A DNA stretch of 32,204 bases from Perkinsus chesapeaki ATCC PRA-425. Lineage: Eukaryota > Protista > Perkinsozoa. The notes beneath the pieces were generated by a model. It worked only from the letters and a program-made list of their open reading frames with translations, was not told the origin of the DNA and searched no databases. Position 1 is the first letter of the stretch. Each line of letters opens with the position of its first letter. The position numbers and the translations under genes are program-made. The stretch covers positions 1 through 32,204 of the forward strand of contig JAAPAO010000407.1 of NCBI GenBank assembly GCA_013115145.1. Direction: 5' to 3'. Below are positions 23,901 to 32,204 of the stretch, piece after piece.

Positions 23901-26200
23901 AGATACATCTCTCTACTCACATCGAAAGGAATCAAATCTAGAATATTCTCCACTGACATCACCAGCTTGCGGCAAATCGCTAAAGTCAACGATCGTCCGT
24001 GGCACAGAGTAGTCATCGTAAGTTCCGCTTGTTGAATCAGAACCGCTAAAAATCAAACAGTCCCAGGTTCGATTCCCCGTCCGGGCATTTACTTTAACTT
24101 TGTCGGAAGCTCTACACGCTTTACCGCTATCAGACTGCTCATAACCTCCGATTTCAACTGTGCAATTAATCCACCACGAGTTGACATGTTGAGCTCCGCC
24201 GGAGATACTTGTGGGCCCGTGATGGCCATAGGATCATAAGTTCCATAGTAATCTGGTTGGTGAGATTATTAATAAATATAAATATTAAATAATACCGAAG
24301 GGCATATCTATAATGATATCAGACTCCTGTGTGTTGGAGCAGTAAATGCCATGAATGGTAGAATGCTCAGGCGATGAATACCTAAAATATATACACGGAA
24401 AAATCTTCCCGTTAGATAGAAGTCAACGAGGCCAGAGCTCTTATCGTGACCTAGTTGCGAACTCTCATCCACAATCGATGATACTGAGATATCGGTTACT
24501 CTTACTTCCAGTCTGGCCTGCAATGACTACATAATGTAGTCTGGAATGTAGTGGAACAATAGTGTGGAATGTAATCTACATTCCAACTACAGCGATTATT
24601 ATATACATTCGCCAATCAAACATGCTAACTTTCACTTGTACCTCACTACTCGATCGATTTAAAGATATGTCTCCCATTTCCCTCGATTACTCACCATATC
24701 GATTTTCTCGTCCATGGCACGACCATCCCGGCGCTTTGTTTGCCAAACATTTGGAGGTCCGCGTCTCCATACTCACCAAAAGTGGGTATAAAAGCAATCA
24801 CATCTCTACCACCAACGTCTTGAGTAATCAACTGTTAGTAATAGATGAAAAAACCTCGCGCCACGAAATTACCTGTAGATCCTGTGGGGCGTCAATATCC
24901 GTTTCTAGGATTTCCTTCAACAACTGAGTTGCATTGAAATGACAAACGGTCGGATTAGCAAATTTGAGCAAGCCATCTTCGTACCTAGTTTCACATAACG
25001 CTTCTGTCAATTTAAAATCAGGGTTAGCGTCGCACATTTTCAATAATGTCACACAATAGCTTGGTGATACTCCGCACTGTGTATCATGCACCACTGGTCG
25101 AGTGGTACATATCGCAAACGAGAAGACTCCATAACCATTCAACAGTCTGTATAGTGATGCCTCTCATTTCCTCCATTAAAAACATTGAAAGCCAAAAACG
25201 ATATAAAATACTTCTTATATTATCTTACGACATTTCAATGCAGCTTTCCTTAAATCTATAAATACCTTCACCCAGCCAAGAATCGAACCGGAGTCCATTC
25301 CCATAGTAACGAGTATAAATACCACTACACCATATTTACTTCATTTCCCCTTCAGATTTCCCTGCTTCTGCTCCACAATTATAAACTATCCTCCCCTCTG
25401 GTTCCGAGGCCTTTGGAGTGTAGTCCAGATATAAACCAACGTAAGATCGGTTACTCGTACCGTGTACGTCAACATAGCTGAAAAACAACATAACCGACCA
25501 AACTCACAAAAAAGACCGTCAAGGGTCCGTGGAAGTTCTGCGCAAAATTTCCAGAAACTTCGGAAACTTATCGAAAGAAGGACTGTTAGTTTTTTACAGG
25601 AGAAGAATCTAAGCTCGAAGCCTGCATAAACTAATATAATCAAAACGTCAAATTGAACTCCTACAAAAACCAGACTAACCGAAAATAACTCTCCTCAAAA
25701 TCATCCATATAGGCGGTCGTACAGAAAATTATCTTCTCCAGGATTGATAATATTGCTCATAATTCTGAGAACACTACCACCAAACCATGCTGCGATAGGA
25801 GTACTAGTAGATGGAGGAGATGACGACGACGAAGACGACGACGACCCAGTTGACGTATCTGAAACTCTCTCTTGCTTCAATCTCCACATTTTCACCATCT
25901 CATTTCAACCATCACTCCCAAGCTTTATGACATTAAATTTACAACGCTAAAAAATGAAATTAATTATCATTACTCTTCTAAAAATTTTAATATATTTATC
26001 TACAAGATACCTCATATTAAAAATATATTAAATTATGACACCTCCTCCATCCCAGAAATATCTTTCATATCAAATACGATATATTTCTCCAACTTATCAC
26101 ATGCTCCTTGGGCCCTACTACCTGCTGACGCTACTGCTGCTGCCATGAACATGAGGGAATGTAAGAGGAATGCATTAATAGAGTGAAGGAAATCCCTCAT
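20984..26200 (-). CDS. Large multi-exon type I membrane protein, paralog 2
   Basis: MRDFLHSINAFLLHSLMFMAAAVASA...TPIAAWFGGSVLRIMSNIINPGEDNFL...GTSNRSYVGLY...YSSPEHSTIHGIYCS...TIVDF...SSLVDCSYSYT...MIGSNVWSH...VAWYLYGSYP...DCNSRDGSK...WIAYLVITL...HFGMPMQKVIKVLAAAKA. The 3' end is approximate. Confidence 0.7.
23067..23104 (-). pseudogene. tRNA 3'-half fragment whose oligo-T runs into the 3' splice site (23055)
   Basis: AATCGAATAGGTCTTCGGTTCGAATCCAGGCGCATCCC-TTTTTCCTTCAG; the next exon PAYYYDYCVKEF aligns with paralog 1. Confidence 0.55.
24061..24087 (+). pseudogene. tRNA 3'-end fragment, antisense in 47-nt intron 24046-24092
   Basis: TCCCAGGTTCGATTCCCCGTCCGGGCA-TTT; exons join PTKLN|GSDSTSG in frame. 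Confidence 0.55.
25271..25335 (-). pseudogene. Degenerate tRNA starting just after the 5' splice site (25339)
   Basis: TATGGTGTAGTGGTATTTATACTCG...GGACTCCGGTTCGATTCTTGGCTGGG. The 5' part shares TATGGTGTAGTGGTAT with the tRNA-Ala genes. Confidence 0.55.
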
Positions 26201-26399
26201 CAGATTGTTCGACCCGTACTGGGTCTAGAAAAAGGAAAATAATGTACACTAACAAGAAAGCAAGCAATACTTCATCATTCAATTGTTATTATGACAAATT
26301 GGTTACTAAATATTTAACACCATTTATAACGTAAGATTTTACTCATATACTAATAAGAGTTTGTTTCTAAAGCGGGCTGTTACTCAAATCTTATTATTC

Positions 26400-28263
26400 A
26401 GCTTGCCTGCTGCTCTCTCATATATGATTAGATAACTTTAAATCAACAATACCTTCCTCAGAAACACACCAATCATAGCCATCAAATATCTTAGCTTCAA
26501 CCATGCAAGATACAAACTAGCTCAACTCCATGCTCCCACTCAAATACCTCTTTCAAACACCTCCAATCTCCTCGTTAGCCGCTGCCATCCCCTCCAAAAC
26601 ACTCCACGTGTCCGATCCTTCCGGTGCATGCTTGCGATATATCCGGCGTAACCGTCTCGCAAACCTGTAAATATTTGCACGCATGCACAAGATAGCATCT
26701 TACGTATTATCAGCTTCTGTCATTACACCATATATCATATGACTTCCTTGTATCGCACGTACCAAATGATACGTCCCAAAAAAGACAGTGAATGCCGGAA
26801 TTGCGCGGTAGTCTAAAATGGATACCACCAACTGTCGCATGTAGCTCTTCGATACACAGCAACACATTCCTGTAAATATATTCCAAATTAATTAGCATTC
26901 ACTTAAGGATGTTCGAGGAACACCTCGAGCTAGGTCATGGTATTCTAAATACCAGAGTCACCGGAACGGACTGCTCGATGTTCCGTACACAACCTTTTCG
27001 GAAAATAACGTGATAAAGATTTTCAGTAGGTAAACTGTGTAACATATTGTAAGATAGAAAGGTATTTAGAACAACCTCTAGGAGGGGGTGTTATTATATT
27101 CATTTACATATCTTTAAGCAAATTGAGAAATTTTTCGCAAATTAAATTATATTTAATTTTGGAAGATCCTATTTAGTGATATTTTAACTAACTATCGAAT
27201 ATAACACTTACGAAATATCTTATCAATTCATCAAAAACTGTGAAAACAATAAAGTATATCGGGGATACTCTAAAGACACCATCCAACAGTTGCGCCACAA
27301 TATTAAGAACAGACGTTGCAGCGAAAACCCACATTTACCAAATCGATCACTCGATCGATTTCCAATCCCCATTACATCTTTTAATTCCATCCTTCCAAAT
27401 ACCCCTCCACTCGCACACTCTAATTGTCACCAGTGCACTACAAACGCCAATAACCTTGGCGAAGGTCTCACTACCAATTCAAACAACTTATACAAAAATA
27501 CGGTATGAAATATTTACTCTTCATGAATTGCAATACGCTCAAGTTGACCTTCACTTAAAAGATTCCCTGCATCTGCCGACAGCTGCTCGTTGATAGCCTG
27601 TCACCATCAACTCTATAAAATACACAAAACTTGTCCCCATCAGATTTCAACTAAGAAAATTGATAACAATTTTCTACGATTTCCCTTCCTCGACACCTTG
27701 ATGGTACAAACACTCAATTCGCTATCACAACAATGCTCCTATCATAAAGCAGCGGCCAAAGTGCCACAAGTAATTCTCCTCTCCTCCTTGAGACACTATC
27801 CTCAATGAGCCACGTACTACTGTTTCCCGCTCATCGAAGACCTAGACTTGCCGCACTAACAAGATTCTATACGCGCCAAACCCTGGAAGTAGTGCCAGCC
27901 GCGATCAAAGAAAGGAGCGGTATGAGATTTCCACACTTTCCTATAGTTACCACCTTGCAGACTTTATCAACACTTTCTGTTTCAAACCATAAAAACTTCG
28001 CCAACCTCCGCAATATATTTTCCCGTGGAACTTCATCAACATTCATGAATTGAATGTCTGCAATCCGACCTAATTCATATCTTACAAGCTTCAACCCAAG
28101 ATTCTCATATTGTTCAAGAAAATGTCCAATAGAAACAATCAGTTGGTAAAGACTCTGCCAATCTTCAAGCTCCTTATACCTGAAAATACTGTGGTATCAA
28201 GTTTCTCAATTTTACTAGAATTTTTCACTTTTCCGAGTTGATCTTCAACCCCCCCCATTTCAT
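26400..28263 (-). CDS. Hypothetical multi-exon protein
   Basis: MKWGVEDQLGK|YKELEDWQSLYQLIVSIGHFLEQYENLGLKLVRYELGRIADIQFMNVDEV... and NVLLCIEELHATVGGIHFRLPRNSGIHCLFWD. The exon chain is only partly resolved and no domain is recognised. Confidence 0.35.
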
Positions 28264-28277
28264 CGTAGACTATTACC

Positions 28278-30751
28278 TTAAAGGAGAGTAAAGCTCGAAT
28301 TCATCCACCTTCTCAGCTCTGACGCTGTCAACTCTCCTTTAGAATGTCGATAACCTCCAGCAGAACAAATAGCAGAAAAAATGTATTTTACCTCATCATC
28401 TCGAAGAGTCACGCCAGTGAGTTGGGCTGAAGAAAAAAGGCACGCGCCACGAAATTACTAAGGAAGTGCCGTATGATGCACGGAGAAAGGACCTACTGAA
28501 CTTCACGCGCCACGAAATTATTGAGGAAATGACGGATGCACGGAAAAGGAACTACTAAACTTCACACGCCACGAAATTATTCCACTAGGCGAAGTTACAA
28601 CACGCGCAGCGATAATATTATACACAATTTCAAAAGCCATAGACTGCTTCATTCTCATTTCTCACGCGCCACAAAATTATTGATTGCCCAAATAAATTAC
28701 AGGCCATCGCCGCGAATTCCTCCCGTGTCATTCCTCTCGATGGGTCATCAATAGCAAACGACTCGTAGATCCTTTCAGCATCATTATCGAACTGAATGCC
28801 AACTTGCCGACGAATCTGGGAAGAATAGAAATAGAAACTAATTATCCATATGTAAATTGAATACTCCCACCCTTTCCATTTTATTACCTTATTAAGTTTC
28901 CTCGACTTTGTGAATCCAAGCGCCGTAGTTACAATGCCAACAAGGAAGGTGTATCCTCCTAGCAACCATGCCCCAGCAGTCCTGCAATCCACAAAAGGGA
29001 CTTGACATAAACCGCTTACTCTTGGCATAAAAATCGAACATTAAATCACTGTGAAATTGATCATATACTATTGATAAATACAGTCATCCAAATTACCTTA
29101 GACTATCACATTTTTGTGACCGTTTCTGGCTGATTTACTATATTACTAGTAAATACAGGGTGATGCTAGACAGGTCGATTACGACATGATTTCAAACACT
29201 GCGGCGGGCAAGCATGAACGGTGTAAAAGAGCAACGGACTAGTATCTTGTACCATAATTTACTTTATCATTGATATCTCGACTTGATATTATAAACATCA
29301 CGATAATTAATAATAAAGGGATGTCCTAGGAATAGTTTATAAATATCTTACTATTATTGTTAGCGAAGTTCCAAAGGTTTTAATTCGTTTCGAATAACAC
29401 CGCATTTGCGCAATTTAAATAGCCCTATCCGAGGATCGAACCCGGGTTATTACCAACAATGATTTGCTCTCATGCTGGAATATACCGCTGAGCCAAGATA
29501 ACTATACCAAACACCTTTGCCGGTAATCCTCACTAGTATTTTCGCAAAACCTTCCACGAAACCCTGAGGAAAGGACAGTGCTACCAAAATCGATCACGTG
29601 ATCGATTTAAGACTTCATAACCTATATTATGATTATCAAATAAAGAATCATTCCCGGAGTATTATTTCTATCACCCTTGACTTAATCCCATTTCCCTAAC
29701 CAACACTGCTTACTACCTTGATCTCCATACAGAATCGATTATGACTCGGCAAGTCGAGAGCCAACATAATGATAGAAAACAGCATGAGGAAGATACTCTC
29801 CAAAATACCCAATAAAGCCAAAGGGTAATAATACATAACCTGACGCACAAAAGTCACTGCGCCACGAAATTGCTGATGAATTACATGGAAAAGGTTGGCT
29901 AATGCCGCCAAACATGCAGTGCTCGCTGCGGAGGAAAGTAAAATGCTCAAAGTCATCGGACCATCCCCGAGATCGGTTACCATATTGGATACCATGCTCA
30001 CCGCGGCGGCTACTGTTTCACCTGAACGATAAAGCGGCCCGTTAATCAAGTCACATCCATTGTTTTCACCATCAAGAGAAGATTAACTTCTGCAGATGAT
30101 TTCTCATAACTCGAAAGCTGTAAGCAATGTAACCATAACAATTCCAAGAACTTGCTCAGAAAGCCCGATCTAATTAAGCGTATAAGAAAGCTCTTCTTTG
30201 CTAGATGATGCCAGAACCAGTCTTCCGCTACGCATATACGTACACCCAATCTTCACCTTAACAACGCGCCATCGGCACTCCCTCCAGAATTCGACTTGCC
30301 CTCCAGAATGAAGTTGTGGCAGCCCCCACCCCCCGTAAAGTGACATAAAACCGTATAAGAGAATGACACACGATAGGTTTGGTGAGTACAACAAACAATA
30401 CGAACGGTAAAAGTTAAATTATTCATTGGCCCTACAGGCAGGTTCAAATACTCACTTGAACCGCAGTCTTGCCTAATTCTTCCCTCTTCATATAGTTAAA
30501 ACAACCATTCTGAAGCCCACTAGAAGATAACCAAAAACACTTTCCAACAGTTCCTCCCTTCATATTAATAGCTGGGCGACGATGGCTCCCTTTTCTACCA
30601 CTGTGATGATCAGTTCTTCCTTCAAGCTGGGCAGTTTCATCGGCATTTCCACTGACCGTATCATCATCATCCGTATCGACTTTAATGAAGCCTTCTGCCG
30701 CTGGATTAGACGGATGCCTGTCCACTGAAGATTGTGATGAACTCCTTAGCA
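28278..30751 (-). CDS. COPI-associated/TVP15-like multi-pass membrane protein with C-terminal EF-hand-like segments
   Basis: TM blocks LSILLSSAASTACLAALANLF, IFLMLFSIIMLALD, FAKILVRITGKGV (cf. FL...GRG) and GAWLLGGYTFLVGIVTTALGF, then IYESFAIDDPSRGMTREEFAAMASQLTGVTLRDDEVKYIFSAI...GELTASELRRWM*. The start codon is uncertain. Confidence 0.55.
28441..28580. repeat. Imperfect tandem repeat (~60-63 bp, ~2.3 copies) in an intron; each unit starts CACGCGCCACGAAATTA
   Basis: Units start at 28441, 28504 and 28563. The inter-motif sequences resemble each other (GATGCACGGA..AAGGA.CTACT.AACTT). Confidence 0.8.
29422..29503 (-). pseudogene. Degenerate tRNA-like sequence starting just after the 5' splice site (29507)
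   Basis: TATCTTGGCTCAGCGGTAT...AACCCGGGTTCGATCCTCGGATAGGGC. A-box-like and B-box-like parts are present; the middle is scrambled. Confidence 0.45.
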
Positions 30752-31056
30752 GCATGTAAAACAACAAATGAACTAAACAACTAACATAAAGCAGCGAGTT
30801 CCCCCATTGATTTCGTTTGTATTGATTGTGGAAGCGTACCGAAACATGAACCAAGATGGTCTATTGCGCAAAAGTCTCAAGGAAAACTACTGAATGAAGA
30901 AGAGGCAGTCCGCAATTGGAGTTCTCTTAAAGTCGCATCACGTAAACTGTGATCTTGTGAACGTTTAAATGCCAAAATGGAATAGATGTTCGCCAGTTAA
31001 GTTCATAAGCCCGAAGCCCATAAGTCGAACATCGTTATTGTGGATGAGATACACCA

Positions 31057-31856
31057 TTATAATAACACACGGCTAATCACCGTTCTTTTTATCCTTCTTA
31101 TTCTTTTTACTAACTGATGATGCAATCGCAGCTACCCCACCAACCAGCAAGGCCCCTGCCGCAAAGCCTAGGACACCAGCCATGAAACCATCATCTGAAG
31201 AAATAATTTATTAATCGAATACAAAATATACTGTGGAAGTTTAATACTGTAAATGTTATTGATTTTTATATGTAAATATATACTGCGAGTAAAATATGAT
31301 AGACGATTAACAAAGGGGAATGAAGTAAGAATGAAATACGATAGCTTTCCTCTTCCACTAAAGAAATATTCACTTCCCGAAGTAAGTACCACTGAGGCAA
31401 CTGGCTGAGGATTGCTCGTCATGATCGATGCCTCCTGGGTATTTGGGCATGGTTACGTTCGGACAACAATGATCATCTGAAATAAGAGGGTTGGGAAATC
31501 TAACATGGAAGAAATAGGGCACCTCCTGTAGCAACGTCAGATAAGGCAAAGTTGGTGGTGACTTTGTCCAAGGTGGATTCTTTCCGACAGAACCTAAGAA
31601 GGTAAGTAAAGCTACTTTGTATCTTGCACAGGTCGAGCTAAGATACCGCCAATTACTTACGGGCATTCGAAGCTCCATTTTGACCACGACTGGGTAATTC
31701 GTTTCAAGCAGGATACGCACAACGTATGCCCACAACTTGGAAGGATCTAACGACCTTAATAAGACATAGCACGGTTCAAGCTAAGATATCACCTACCTTC
31801 GGCAAGTGCGCTCTTCTATTATATGGATGCAGACAAATTCGACACTCGATTGACAT
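31057..31856 (-). CDS. RING-HC (C3HC4) E3 ubiquitin ligase with C-terminal transmembrane anchor
   Basis: Spliced MSIECRICLHPYNRRAHLPK|ILPSCGHTLCVSCLKRITQSWSKWSFECP|FCRKESTLDKVTTNFAL... then FMAGVLGFAAGALLVGGVAAIA followed by basic KKNKKDKR. Confidence 0.8.
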
Positions 31857-31887
31857 GATACAAAAACAATCAGCTGATTTCTACGAT

Positions 31888-32204
31888 TCAGTGGAAAGTA
31901 ATAATTCGAAGAAGTCCACATAAGCTTGTCCCCTCAGAAATTCCCTTATATGTGCCAATGACATCGACTGCACCGTAGTAAGGCAATGTTTCATGCAACT
32001 GCATGTAATGCAGAGGTCGGATTTTGGCGACTGCTTGCGACAGAGGTTAATGAACACGGTTAACACCCGTATGATCTAGGTTCAAACCTCGGCAAACCAC
32101 TTTTATTGTTTTGGCCTACAAGCGACTCGCTCTGTCATGGGCGAGCGCCAACCTCAAAGAAGGATCTATTGGCAGTTTCTGATATGATGATGAAACCGTA
32201 ATTC
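31888..32204 (-). CDS. 3' end of a further multi-exon gene running off the window
   Basis: LALAHDRASRL, then after a GTAGGC intron VAKIRPLHYMQLHETLPYYGAVDVIGTYKG...TFH*. The frame is uncertain. Confidence 0.3.
32032..32099 (+). pseudogene. Degenerate tRNA-Val(AAC)-like sequence, antisense near a splice donor (32119)
   Basis: ACGG-TTAACAC-CCGT anticodon arm, CTAGGTTCAAACCTCGGCAAACCA, then TTTT. The acceptor and D arms are mismatched. Confidence 0.5.

Noticed and set aside
19018-24089. Initial reading as five separate genes, with stops at 19018 and 24089
   Set aside because: Both stops fall inside GTAA donors, and splicing gives in-frame, mutually homologous junctions, so these are two long genes.
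28441-28680. 17-bp repeats with 42-46 nt gaps resembling a CRISPR array
   Set aside because: The gaps are similar to each other (so it is a tandem repeat), the array lies in a spliceosomal intron, and there are no cas genes.
30438-30463. GGTTCAA-ATACTCAC-TTGAACC hairpin / T-loop-like sequence over a splice donor
   Set aside because: Too short to count as a tRNA relic, although it has the same geometry as the others; similar weak hits near 12000 and 26207 were also excluded.

Overview
Gene-dense, intron-rich eukaryotic DNA with mostly 40-60 nt GT-AG introns. The gene content and intron style suggest an alveolate, probably Perkinsus-like; this is an inference, not a database result. There are no prokaryotic features such as operons or CRISPR arrays. 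Almost all genes lie on the minus strand: phosphate acetyltransferase with a mitochondrial-type presequence, ribophorin II/SWP1, a small secreted protein with PP1-docking-like motifs, a ~7 kb RAP-domain helical-repeat gene, two tandem ~5.2 kb paralogous type I membrane protein genes, a COPI-associated/TVP15-like EF-hand protein and a tail-anchored RING E3 ligase. The one clear plus-strand gene encodes a putative secreted, low-complexity protein. The most unusual signal is in the introns. Two identical intact tRNA-Ala(CGC) genes and about ten decayed tRNA fragments mostly sit inside introns, next to splice sites. Three short motif families recur in introns, including five copies of the palindrome ATCGATC-N4-GATCGAT. 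A 685-bp element with 201-bp IR/DR-type inverted repeats and an HTH-only ORF also lies in an intron. All gene models were spliced by eye, so outer boundaries are approximate.
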